Below are positions 19,601-27,328 of a stretch of 49,628 nucleotides of DNA, one piece after another. The notes beneath the pieces were generated by a model. That model made no database searches, was not told the DNA's origin, and saw only the letters and a list, made by a program, of their open reading frames with translations. The stretch's first letter is position 1. Every line of letters starts with the position of its first letter. This stretch comes from a phage: the sequence record PZ721903.1; one strand, given 5' to 3'. A program made the position numbers and the translations under genes.

Positions 19601-20087
19601 TAATGAGGCAGCACTTTCTCAAAAACTTGATTCGTGGAGCAATGCAGATTCGACTGGTGCAATGTACGGCGTCAAGCTCGGTCTGAAGTATAACGGCCAA
19701 GAATACAGTGCAGGCATGGCTATGTCTCTGATTGGTTCCGGAGCTGCGGTTAAGGCGCAGATTTTGTTTGAGGCATCACGATTTGCCATCATGAATGGAA
19801 TGAATGGTCAGACTCAGTACCCATTCGTTGTTGAGAATGGCCAGGTTATTTTAAGTAGCGCGATTATCAAGAACGGATTCATCACGAATGCGATGATTGG
19901 TAATGTTATTCAATCGAATAACTATGTCGTTAACAAGGCTGGCTGGATACTTGACAAGGGTGGAACATTAGAAAACTACGGAAGTGACGCTGAGGGTGCA
20001 ATGAAGCAAACTAATACCACAATATCTGTTAGGGATGCGAGTGGTCGCCTGAGGGTTCAGATTGGCAGGTTGACTGGTTCATGGTAA
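16668..20087 (+). CDS. central tail fibre / host specificity protein (lambda J-like)
   Basis: 1139 aa; largest tail gene after the I-like gene; FN3-like repeats in the middle, coiled region near the C-terminus. Confidence 0.85.
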   Translation: MIQKVISGSKGGSPKPHNPVEMEDNLISINKIKILLAVSDGEIDETFSLKQLMFNSVPVQNEDGSFNFEGVKAEFRPGTQTQEYIKGMEDSSSEVTVNREVTTDNPYTISVTNKTLSAIRIKMFMPRGVRIESNGDKNGVRVEYEVQQAVDGGSFETVLTDVIEGKTMSGYDRSRRVNLPSFNNQVIFRVVRKTPDSNDSNVVDAIQVKSYAEVIDAKFRYPLTGLLFVEFDSKMFPNQLPTISIRKRWKIVSVPSNYDPESRTYNGNWDGTFKKAWTNNPAWVLYDLMINQRYGLDQKELGIAVDKWALYEAAQYCDQMVPDGKGGTEPRYLCDVIIQSQTDAYKVIRDICSIFRGMSFWNGESISVIIDRPREPAYIFTNDNVVNGDFSYTFASEKSMYTTCNVMFDDEQNMYQQDVEPVFDREATLRFGNNVTSITAIGCTRRSEANRRGRWILKTNLRSTTVNFATGLEGMIPTIGDVVAIADNFWSSNLTMNLSGRLLEVSGSQIFLPLRVDARAGDFIIVNKPDGKPVKRTISSVSADGKTIEVNIGFGFPVKPNTVFAIDRTDIALQQYVVTKIDKGDDDEEFTYKITAVEYDPNKYDEIDYGVNIDDRPTSIVEPDQIPRPENVQVSSESRIVQGMSVETMIVSWDKVPYAVFYDVQWRKDNGNWQNVPQTANKEVYVEGIYAGNYQVRVRSVAGSGTTSGWSNVVAATLTGKQGEPGGPINLTATDDVVFGIRTKWGFSDGSGDTAYTELQQSPDGTVDNASLLSLIPYPQHEYYHSPMPGGNIVWYRVRTVDRIGNVSQWTDFVRGMASTNVDDIIGEISVDIENSPGYEWLVDNATDNAAQNAANAEAAIENALANDKDAIYMKKENGKRKAEYTKSLKLIADETQARVTAIEQLKASFGDQISASNSELREVIATETGALSREIDQLRAEIGDDIQASLTDIREAIANETEARTQADLSLSARLGNNEAALSQKLDSWSNADSTGAMYGVKLGLKYNGQEYSAGMAMSLIGSGAAVKAQILFEASRFAIMNGMNGQTQYPFVVENGQVILSSAIIKNGFITNAMIGNVIQSNNYVVNKAGWILDKGGTLENYGSDAEGAMKQTNTTISVRDASGRLRVQIGRLTGSW

Positions 20088-20092
20088 TATCA

Positions 20093-20119
20093 AGGGCATC
20101 GAGAGATGCTCTTTTCTTT
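20093..20119 (+). terminator. terminator/attenuator followed by RBS
   Basis: gggcatc-gaga-gatgctc stem, ttttctttt, then GGAGGatttattATG. Confidence 0.55.
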
Positions 20120-20132
20120 TGGAGGATTTATT

Positions 20133-20438
20133 ATGGCGTACGGTATATCAACTTGGGACGCAAATGGCGTTTATAATAACTATGGAATTAAGCCTGTTAC
20201 GGTTGTTGGTTGGAACTTTTTGTCAGCAGGACAGAATTCAGCATCGTTCAGCTATCAAGTTCCTCCTGGTATGCATGTGAACTACGTTATAAGCCTTGAC
20301 AATGGCGCCATTAGTGGGCCTGGCAGGAAAATTATTGCTAGCGGTAATACGATAACAGTAACGCCAACAAACTCACCCGGGCCAAACGTGTACCCATCAT
20401 CAAACTGTTACTTAATAGCATATCTGGAGAATGATTAA
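20133..20438 (+). CDS. hypothetical tail-associated protein
   Basis: Start ATG 20133 after terminator+RBS module (ttttcttttGGAGGatttattATG). Confidence 0.45.
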   Translation: MAYGISTWDANGVYNNYGIKPVTVVGWNFLSAGQNSASFSYQVPPGMHVNYVISLDNGAISGPGRKIIASGNTITVTPTNSPGPNVYPSSNCYLIAYLEND

Positions 20439-21127
20439 TGTCATACGGTGCTTTTATAGATGTAAACGGAAACCCATTCATAACCCCGTTATCCACGCCA
20501 TTCGCCTTATATGAGAGAGGGGAAATTCAATCAGTAAATGTTAGTGGTTCACAGGTTGCGGAGAGATATGTTCGGATACCTACAGGTGTTCCGGTTATAG
20601 CTTTTTGCAAAACAACAAACACGCAGCAGGGGACCGCGCTTTCAGCCTTTACTTTCAGAAGCGGACCCAATGTTGGAACTGTTTATATAAGGGGGACAAA
20701 TCCAGCAAACCAATCATACACGCTAACATACTACATATTTGCCATATTTGAGCAGTCACTACCGAGCTGGGGTATGGCAATATGGGATTCGTCAGGAAAG
20801 CTAGTGCTGACAAATGAGACAAAAGTCCTTAGTGATTTGGTTACAATCGGCACTCCTGGATACGCTGGAGGTGGATTAAACATAGACACAACACTCAGCG
20901 GAAGCTACGCAGTTGTTCCAACTATACTTGGCAACTATCAAATTGTTATTGGCAGGCTGCCAACTGGGCAACCCATAATAGGAAACTCAACAGCAGGCAG
21001 CTCATGCAGATACAACGGGAGCACAACGAGAATAAATGCAGCAGCAACCACTGCGGCAGGTCGGATATTGAACACCACGAATAATGGAAATATTATAACA
21101 GCAATAAAAACGGCAGCATACGACTAA
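20438..21127 (+). CDS. hypothetical tail-associated protein (possible receptor-recognition accessory)
   Basis: 229 aa; ATGA overlap with the upstream gene; ATA/AGA-rich codon usage unlike the core genome; last gene before the late terminator. Confidence 0.45.
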   Translation: MSYGAFIDVNGNPFITPLSTPFALYERGEIQSVNVSGSQVAERYVRIPTGVPVIAFCKTTNTQQGTALSAFTFRSGPNVGTVYIRGTNPANQSYTLTYYIFAIFEQSLPSWGMAIWDSSGKLVLTNETKVLSDLVTIGTPGYAGGGLNIDTTLSGSYAVVPTILGNYQIVIGRLPTGQPIIGNSTAGSSCRYNGSTTRINAAATTAAGRILNTTNNGNIITAIKTAAYD

Positions 21128-21150
21128 GCCCCTTTCGGGGCTTTTCTTTT
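21126..21150 (+). terminator. late-operon terminator
   Basis: agcccc-tttc-ggggct followed by tttctttt after the last tail gene. Confidence 0.65.
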
Positions 21151-21376
21151 ACATCGAGCAATCGTGAGACTTGAAGTTATTCTCTGATACGTAATGGAAT
21201 GAGAATGGATACCCAGCACGTAACAGCATCTCATCACCGCGCATCTTTGATCCAAAAACGGAAACCGAGTACTCTGCGTCACCTGATTCATAAATCGCAG
21301 TACAAGTGCGATCAGGCATCGATGAGCAACCAGTCAGGATGAATGCCGCAGCAATAATGGTGATTAATTTTTTCAT
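21149..21376 (-). CDS. cor: Cor-like superinfection exclusion lipoprotein
   Basis: Start at MKKLITIIAAAFILTGCSS (lipobox LTGC) behind RBS gagga; small lipoprotein encoded antisense just downstream of the J-like gene, as in T1/phi80/N15-type phages. Confidence 0.55.
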   Translation of the reverse strand: MKKLITIIAAAFILTGCSSMPDRTCTAIYESGDAEYSVSVFGSKMRGDEMLLRAGYPFSFHYVSENNFKSHDCSM

Positions 21377-21442
21377 TTGCATGTCCTCGTCGTTAGTGTG
21401 ATTGCATTGTATGTCGCATTTACTTTTATTGCAATAGCGCAA

Positions 21443-21845
21443 TTACAATTTTTTTTCGTGTAACGGGTGTCTATTTTTGTAACTGGAGATGGTGTTACAA
21501 AATCTACCCAATCCGAACGCAGGTAGATATGATAAAAACTCTATATAATATATATAGATAGATAATATTTAATTTTAGCTTTATATATATAATTATTGTT
21601 GTGTAACAGTTGTCTATCGTGTAACTGGTGATTTGATTGATTCGTCAAATTTCTATCATATATGTTCAAAATTTAATCAATATGGATTCTACTTGTAGCT
21701 ATCCCTGTATTTCTAAGAAAAAGCGGTTACAAGTATTACACAGTAGACATCACATAAAAATAGACTTAAGCCATTGATTCCGTTAATGCTGGTTGTAACT
21801 TGAGCGATATAGACACGCTATTACACACCAATTACATGTATCCGA
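21443..21845. promoter_or_regulatory. AT-rich noncoding region 1 with iterons (candidate origin / operator cluster)
   Basis: About 400 nt without ORFs; direct and inverted copies of GTGTAAC-N3-4-GTCTAT (21459-21476, 21604-21620, inverted near 21728-21749 and 21800-21818) plus the 17-mer ctatataatatatatag (21541-21557). Confidence 0.55.
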
Positions 21846-21873
21846 TTGACTAAACGCTGTTAATGGCTATAAT
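21846..21873 (+). promoter_or_regulatory. sigma70-like promoter (TTGACT-16-TATAAT) for the rightward recombination operon
   Basis: Near-consensus -35 at 21846-21851 and -10 at 21868-21873, followed by the CATCGtAAACGA box and RBS gggag before ATG 21905. Confidence 0.6.
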
Positions 21874-21904
21874 GGATTCATCGTAAACGAGGGAGATAAA
21901 CGCA

Positions 21905-22969
21905 ATGTTCCAGGTGTTCACATCAAGTCAGCTTTCTAATGACGAGTATCATAGCAACGAAGGTTGGGCGGCAGAGTATGTAAGCGGTTCTAGCCTTGCA
22001 GAAATTTATCAGACTTGCCCGGCTAACTGGAGATTCAAGAAGAATGAGACAACGAAGGCGCTGGAGTTTGGTACTCAGTCGCATACCAACTTTGAGAGCC
22101 GAGATCTGTTTACTGCAACGTATGCACGTTGTCCGGCTCCGTCAGAGTTCAAGGATCTGATTACGTCACAAGCCGCACTGGCTGCAAAATTAAAATCTTT
22201 CGGCCTGAAAGGTACATCCGGTAAGCAGTACCCGGACCTCATCAAGATGATGGTTGATTGCGGTGAAGAGCTAAACGTCCAATATCTGATCGAGTTGATT
22301 GCGGAAGCAGAGGCGCGCTCTGAAGGAAAGAAATTGGTTGACGCTGACAAATACGACGCTTGCATGAAGATGAGAGCAATCCTTGAACAAAATCCTGATC
22401 ACGAAGCGTGCATCAACAGTGAAACGGCGCAGCGTGAGATTTCAATCTTCGGTGAGATATCCGGCGTCAAGGTTAAGGTTCGACTTGACCATCTGGACTA
22501 CAAAGAGAATGTTCCAGGTCGTGTCCTGACTGGTTATGATGAGAATGGAGATCCGGTATTCGAAGATGTTATTTTCCCTGAAGCACTGATTATCACTGAC
22601 TTCAAAACAACAATGAGCGCCAACCCGTTAGAGTTCCCGAGACTGGCATACAATCACGGGTATTATCTGAAAATGGCCTTGCAGCATGATCTGCTACGAC
22701 GCGCAATCCAGGCTGGCGCTTTTGAAGGCAACTTCCCGGAAGATATCCCGATCGTAGTTCGATTGCTGGCTCAGGAGAAAAAAGAGCCTTACATCGCACT
22801 TGCTTACCGTATGACTATGGAGCAAATCAGGATCGGTCGTAGCCAGTATGTTAGCGTAGTCCACACTTACAAGGCTTGCTCTGAAATGGATGTTTGGCCT
22901 GGGTACGCTGGCGACGCAAGCGAGATTGAACTTGAAACGCCATCATGGGTGCGTTACCAAAATAAGTAA
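21905..22969 (+). CDS. PD-(D/E)xK family recombination exonuclease (putative)
   Basis: 354 aa; IITDFKTT-type D...E.K nuclease motif; located upstream of Erf and SSB. Confidence 0.5.
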   Translation: MFQVFTSSQLSNDEYHSNEGWAAEYVSGSSLAEIYQTCPANWRFKKNETTKALEFGTQSHTNFESRDLFTATYARCPAPSEFKDLITSQAALAAKLKSFGLKGTSGKQYPDLIKMMVDCGEELNVQYLIELIAEAEARSEGKKLVDADKYDACMKMRAILEQNPDHEACINSETAQREISIFGEISGVKVKVRLDHLDYKENVPGRVLTGYDENGDPVFEDVIFPEALIITDFKTTMSANPLEFPRLAYNHGYYLKMALQHDLLRRAIQAGAFEGNFPEDIPIVVRLLAQEKKEPYIALAYRMTMEQIRIGRSQYVSVVHTYKACSEMDVWPGYAGDASEIELETPSWVRYQNK

Positions 22970-23043
22970 ACGGCACAAATAGCTAAACAAATAATTAATG
23001 AGGTGTTATAATGCACCTCATACACCAATCAGGAGAAGTTAAG

Positions 23044-23691
23044 ATGCAATTATCACCAGAAACAAACGAAATTCTTCCCGCACTGTTCAATGCTCGCAAC
23101 AAATTTGCTAAAGCAAAGAAGGACGCAAAAAACAATCACCTGAAAAATTCATACGCAACCCTTGATGCAATGATGGCGGCCGTTAGCCCGGCGCTCACCG
23201 ATAACGATATTATGATCCTGCAATCAATGCTGGACACCAGCACGGAAACAACCTTCCATCTTGAAACGATGCTGATTCACAAATCCGGGCAATGGGCCAA
23301 GTTCTTCATGATGATGCCTATTGCAAAGCGCGATCCTCAAGGTGTAGGCTCAGCGATGACGTATGCGCGGCGTTACTCATTAGCCGCAGCGCTGGGGATT
23401 AGCCAGAGTGATGACGATGCTCAGCTTGCAGTGAAATCTGTCAAGGACTGGAAAAAAGAACTTGATGCGTGTGAAGATATCGAATCACTGAAAGAGGTAT
23501 GGGCTAACGCTTACCGCCAGACGGACACGGCAAGCAAGTCAATCATTCAGGATCACTACAACGCACTTAAGGCTAAGTTTGAGATCGGTAAAGCTCGTGG
23601 TATTCGCCCGGCGCAACCGGAGCAGAAAAAACAGGTTGAAGCAACGAGCGCGAAGCCTGTACAATCTCAATCAATCACCAACTTCGAATAA
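23044..23691 (+). CDS. erf: Erf-family single-strand annealing protein
   Basis: KNSYATLDAMMAAV...MTYARRYSLAAALG resembles the ERF family core; start ATG 23044 behind RBS aggag. Confidence 0.7.
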   Translation: MQLSPETNEILPALFNARNKFAKAKKDAKNNHLKNSYATLDAMMAAVSPALTDNDIMILQSMLDTSTETTFHLETMLIHKSGQWAKFFMMMPIAKRDPQGVGSAMTYARRYSLAAALGISQSDDDAQLAVKSVKDWKKELDACEDIESLKEVWANAYRQTDTASKSIIQDHYNALKAKFEIGKARGIRPAQPEQKKQVEATSAKPVQSQSITNFE

Positions 23692-23737
23692 TCATCAGGA
23701 CGGCTTCGGTCGCCCATAAATTTTAGGAGAGAAAATC

Positions 23738-24151
23738 ATGCATATTATCACTGGAGAGATCCGAAAAGAACCTAAGATTCTTGAACGTAACGGCGGGAAT
23801 ACTTATATAATCGAACTGGCAGAGAGCTACAAGCCTCGAGATGGAGATCGAGAATACACCAACTACACATTCTTTTTTAGCGACGGTGGAAAGCCTGGCC
23901 TTGCTGACTGGTATCGTGAAGCATTCCAGGTTGGTCGCGTCGTATCAGTATCATGCGAGACGTTGAAGATCTCATCCCGTGAACACAATGGAACGGTTTA
24001 CAATTCATTGCAGGCCGCTGACTTCCCGAAGTTGGTATTTAGTCAACGAGGACAAAGCAATCAACAACGAGCACCGCAGCAACAACAGCGAACGCAATCA
24101 CAGCCACAGCCAAATCCTCAATCAACTTTCGATGATGATATCCCGTTCTAA
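23738..24151 (+). CDS. ssb: single-stranded DNA-binding protein
   Basis: 137 aa OB-fold-sized protein with Gln/Pro-rich tail ending in the acidic SSB signature DDDIPF. Confidence 0.85.
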   Translation: MHIITGEIRKEPKILERNGGNTYIIELAESYKPRDGDREYTNYTFFFSDGGKPGLADWYREAFQVGRVVSVSCETLKISSREHNGTVYNSLQAADFPKLVFSQRGQSNQQRAPQQQQRTQSQPQPNPQSTFDDDIPF

Positions 24152-24152
24152 C

Positions 24153-24180
24153 AAAAATCCCCGCAATGCGGGGATTTTAT
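24153..24180. terminator. bidirectional terminator between ssb (+) and tail fibre (-)
   Basis: aaaaatccccgcaatgcggggatttt: stem flanked by an A-run and a T-run. Confidence 0.65.
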
Positions 24181-25685
24181 CATTTGGACTTCAACATTTT
24201 TATCTCTTCTTGTAACTCTTCAACTTTCTTTATTGTATCCTGTAAAGCTCTCATAGTGTCAAGCAATAAAGGAGTTGTATCAAGCTCAAGCCTTTCAACT
24301 TTTGGCCCGTTTAGCTCGTGGCTCTCATACACCCTTCTCTTAACATATAGATTGTCGATCTCTTCTATCTCCTGAGCTATAACACCTCTCCTTACCCTTT
24401 CTTGCTCATCATCGTTAAATATAAAGTTCCTAAATCTCATTGATTTTATGTTGTTGTATGCAATGCTTGATTCATCATCCTTTATGCCGTGCTTTATATT
24501 TCTGTCAGATGCCGGAACCTGTTGGAAACTTCCAGCCCCTTGCGGTCCAGCGTAAGATATTTGCCCTGAAGCCATAAACCTGAAATGCATTTGCAGACCA
24601 ATATTGCCTGCTCCATCCCTATCTTGAGTGCCTACTGATATTTGTGCCCTGGGCCATTCAGGATTACCCGTAGTCATCATGCCAAATGCTACGCCGCCAA
24701 CGTATCCCTGACCTCTGGTGTCACACGATCCAGCAATAAGTGATTGATAGTTTTCAGCACCACTATCAGCGGTGTAAGCATTACCCTGGAAGCATGAAGC
24801 AGACCACATCTGGTTGTAACCCATAGATGTTTTCTGGCATAAAAACTGATTAGCTCTGAATCTATTGTTAGTCTCGAAGTAGTTTGCCCCCTCATAAAAT
24901 AATAAAGCCCCAGCATAACCATTATCGCTACGTTCTTTTCTGACGTAAATACCTGGCGTAGATATTCCATCAGGTGACATAATCATCAATGATGACAATA
25001 TGGACTGACTACCCCAGCTAGAACCGTCCCATGAATTCCTTCCTGCACCTATAGCGCCAGTGGTGTTAATAGCAAGAAAGTTAACAGCATCATTTTCACC
25101 TAACCCAATATTTTTTCTTGACTCTTTTTTATCCTCAAGACCAGCTAAATTGCCATCCTTAGTTAAAAGATTTTCAGCATTGATGCTGTTAGCTGCGTCT
25201 TTTGCTTCTTGAGCACTTACCGCAGCCGCATCTTTTGAGCTTACCGCATCGTCACGCGCTAATTCAGCCTGATTTTGCGCAGCTTGAGAATCAGATTTCG
25301 CCTGATTCACATCAGCAACTATTTGCTCAAGTTTATTCATATCAAGCTGATTTATCAGGTCTATAGCTGCCGCAATCTCAGTCTCTTTGCTTTGATAGTA
25401 TCGAAGAGTCTCGGCGACGTTTTGAGCTAATCCGTTAACGGTTAGAGAGTCATTAAGTAGGATCACATACTTACCGTCATCGGCAGTCTGACCATCAGTA
25501 GAGATAGCCTTTAATTCTGTATCACTAACGATATCGCTAATCACAGCTAGCTTAATTGGTTGCTCAAGGAACACGATAGTTGCACCTACGCGAATAAGAG
25601 CAAGCTGGTCTTTCCATTTTGTATCGGTTCCGTGAACCGTTCCGTCTGCATCCATTGATGCAGTACCGCGTCGATATAAAGCCAT
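24180..25685 (-). CDS. tail fibre with C-terminal intramolecular chaperone (peptidase S74-like)
   Basis: 501 aa; C-terminal region with SDRNIKHGIKD...RFRNFIF...coiled-coil tail typical of self-cleaving tail-fibre chaperone domains; RBS aaggag. Confidence 0.7.
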   Translation of the reverse strand: MALYRRGTASMDADGTVHGTDTKWKDQLALIRVGATIVFLEQPIKLAVISDIVSDTELKAISTDGQTADDGKYVILLNDSLTVNGLAQNVAETLRYYQSKETEIAAAIDLINQLDMNKLEQIVADVNQAKSDSQAAQNQAELARDDAVSSKDAAAVSAQEAKDAANSINAENLLTKDGNLAGLEDKKESRKNIGLGENDAVNFLAINTTGAIGAGRNSWDGSSWGSQSILSSLMIMSPDGISTPGIYVRKERSDNGYAGALLFYEGANYFETNNRFRANQFLCQKTSMGYNQMWSASCFQGNAYTADSGAENYQSLIAGSCDTRGQGYVGGVAFGMMTTGNPEWPRAQISVGTQDRDGAGNIGLQMHFRFMASGQISYAGPQGAGSFQQVPASDRNIKHGIKDDESSIAYNNIKSMRFRNFIFNDDEQERVRRGVIAQEIEEIDNLYVKRRVYESHELNGPKVERLELDTTPLLLDTMRALQDTIKKVEELQEEIKMLKSK

Positions 25686-25704
25686 AATATAAACTCCTTA
25701 AGTA

Positions 25705-25723
25705 AATAGCACGAATTGCTAAA
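25705..25723. promoter_or_regulatory. palindromic box copy in the tail-fibre 5' UTR / start-site region
   Basis: atagcacgaattgctaaac between the -10 (25728-25733) and RBS of the - strand tail-fibre gene. Confidence 0.6.
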
Positions 25724-25727
25724 CACA

Positions 25728-25756
25728 GATTTTATCATCGCGCCACGAGTCTTGCA
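25728..25756 (-). promoter_or_regulatory. sigma70-like promoter (TTGCAA-17-TAAAAT) for the tail-fibre gene
   Basis: On the - strand: -35 at 25751-25756, -10 at 25728-25733; a palindromic box copy (25705-25723) lies over the predicted start site and 5' UTR. Confidence 0.5.
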
Positions 25757-25761
25757 ACGGG

Positions 25762-25785
25762 CAATAAAAAACCGCCCGAAGGCGG
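25762..25785 (-). terminator. terminator after the primase gene (- strand)
   Basis: ccgcccgaaggcgg hairpin followed on the - strand by a T-run (aataaaaaa on +). Confidence 0.6.
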
Positions 25786-26721
25786 TTATAGTAGATCACT
25801 TGCTGAGAATAACTTAGCTTGCATTCCTGAGCGGTATCCTCCCTGATTCGGGATGATTATTTTTAATTGTCTGTCGTCTGCCATGTATAAAGTTTCTTTA
25901 TCAGATGGTTCGCACGCCACCCTTACCTCCCGATCTCCCTTGTATCTGTACGCAACCATTTCTATATTTTCAGGAGTGAAGCAGGCCCATACCTCTTGCT
26001 TTGTGTGAAATGCAATATGCTGAGCATCAATCCAATTAAGGCATAAGTAGATCGCTTTTTCAGTTTTACCAGTCACGGCAACCGAGCAACTTGTGTATTT
26101 CTTTGCATAAAATGACTCCCTACCCTCCTCATCAATAATCAAAATATTGCAAAACTCTTCATCAAGACCGTCCTCGTGTACAAGTTGACATGGTATGGTG
26201 TGAAATACACTCTCGCCGCCATCCTCTCGACGTTTTACGCCAACGTCGAATGATTCAGTAGGTAGCGACTCAAACATGCTTAGAGGTGTGTTTATGCGCT
26301 TCTCTGTGCGCTCCATAACTTTCATCACTGCCTCGTGTTCTGCCATCATAACATTGACGCCAGCTACCGGAGTTCTTCGCGCTTTTTTGTTGGCCTTGAC
26401 AATGTATTCCTGCGGAACCTTGCCGAGAAATCTTCCCAGGATATTTATACATTCGCTGTACGGCATACCAGTTAATTTCATCAACCAACCGACTCCAGAG
26501 TCGTTACCGCATGAGTTGCAGATCGCACCGCCGTCGCCCGGAGTGTTAAGGTTATCAGTCCAGCGAAAGCGGTCCTTACCCCCGCAGTTAGGGCAAGGTT
26601 GGTGTTTCTTATTAAAAACATCATTCGGCAATCCGCAGATTGATTGGAAAGCCTCGCGCCATAACCCCTTCATGTACGGCAAAACGTCCTCTTTCTGAAA
26701 CATCATAAATTCTTCGTTCAC
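25786..26721 (-). CDS. DNA primase (zinc-binding, putative)
   Basis: N-terminal CPNCGGKDRFRW...CNSCGN zinc-finger motif typical of phage/plasmid primases; 311 aa. Confidence 0.65.
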   Translation of the reverse strand: MNEEFMMFQKEDVLPYMKGLWREAFQSICGLPNDVFNKKHQPCPNCGGKDRFRWTDNLNTPGDGGAICNSCGNDSGVGWLMKLTGMPYSECINILGRFLGKVPQEYIVKANKKARRTPVAGVNVMMAEHEAVMKVMERTEKRINTPLSMFESLPTESFDVGVKRREDGGESVFHTIPCQLVHEDGLDEEFCNILIIDEEGRESFYAKKYTSCSVAVTGKTEKAIYLCLNWIDAQHIAFHTKQEVWACFTPENIEMVAYRYKGDREVRVACEPSDKETLYMADDRQLKIIIPNQGGYRSGMQAKLFSASDLL

Positions 26722-26731
26722 TTCCAGATCT

Positions 26732-26774
26732 CCAAAATAAAAAACGCGTAGAAGGATGTTAACCCGCTACGCGT
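26732..26774 (-). terminator. possible terminator/attenuator between the HTH gene and primase (- strand)
   Basis: acgcgtag...ctacgcgt 8-bp stem with long loop, T-run on the - strand. Confidence 0.4.
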
Positions 26775-26778
26775 CGTT

Positions 26779-26797
26779 TGTTTTAACTAAAAATGCT
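26779..26797. promoter_or_regulatory. palindromic box copy (variant)
   Basis: ttttaactaaaaatgctat overlapping the 3' end of the HTH gene (- strand). Confidence 0.5.
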
Positions 26798-27235
26798 ATT
26801 GGTCGTCCCGATATCTTCCTTCTTCACGACGCGCATAAATTTCTTGTTCTTGCATCGCTTCTCAAGGCACTTGCCGTTACCGTCAAACTTCAGGTCGAAT
26901 CGCAACCATGCGGCACGAAATCCTTTACACCCCTGTCGTCGGTAAGCACGATGCGCAGCTTCAGCACCTTGCCACGAAATCATGTTGCGTTCTTTCCAGC
27001 CTTGCACCGTCTGATTGCTAACCTTTAGAGCTTTTGCGCAGGCCGCAGGGCCACCATAATATTCGATAAGCGCATCAAGTCGCGCTCGCAATCCGGCGCG
27101 TGTTTCTTCTTTATGAATATAGAAGCCGCAGCGCTGTCGAGGCTTTTTATCTTTACCGCGTCGTGTTCCGTTGTTACCATTGATGTGACGTTTATCGATT
27201 TCACCAGTTGACTCTGCGATACGTTGAATACTCAT
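26783..27235 (-). CDS. HTH DNA-binding protein (Cro/YdaS-like, putative regulator)
   Basis: Helix-turn-helix-like segment GGPAACAKALKVSNQTVQGWKER and basic N-terminus; divergent from the helicase gene; stop codon lies inside a palindromic box copy. Confidence 0.45.
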   Translation of the reverse strand: MSIQRIAESTGEIDKRHINGNNGTRRGKDKKPRQRCGFYIHKEETRAGLRARLDALIEYYGGPAACAKALKVSNQTVQGWKERNMISWQGAEAAHRAYRRQGCKGFRAAWLRFDLKFDGNGKCLEKRCKNKKFMRVVKKEDIGTTNSIFS

Positions 27236-27247
27236 CTTAATTCTCCT

Positions 27248-27267
27248 ATAGCACTTTTTGCTAAAAA
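27248..27267 (+). promoter_or_regulatory. palindromic box + -10 (tattat) upstream of the helicase gene
   Basis: atagcactttttgctaaaaa, 22-nt spacer with inverted repeat aacgtttac/gtaaacgtt flanking tattat. Confidence 0.6.
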
Positions 27268-27328
27268 CGTTTACTGTATGCCGTGTATTATAGCGTAAAC
27301 GTTACAACGATTCAAAGGATTAATAGAC

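Noticed and set aside
24166-24375. 69-aa + strand ORF overlapping the 3' end of the tail-fibre gene
   Set aside because: Antisense to a well-supported long ORF and begins inside a bidirectional terminator.
26276-26698. 140-aa + strand ORF inside the primase gene
   Set aside because: Antisense to the primase ORF carrying the zinc-finger motif; no independent signals.
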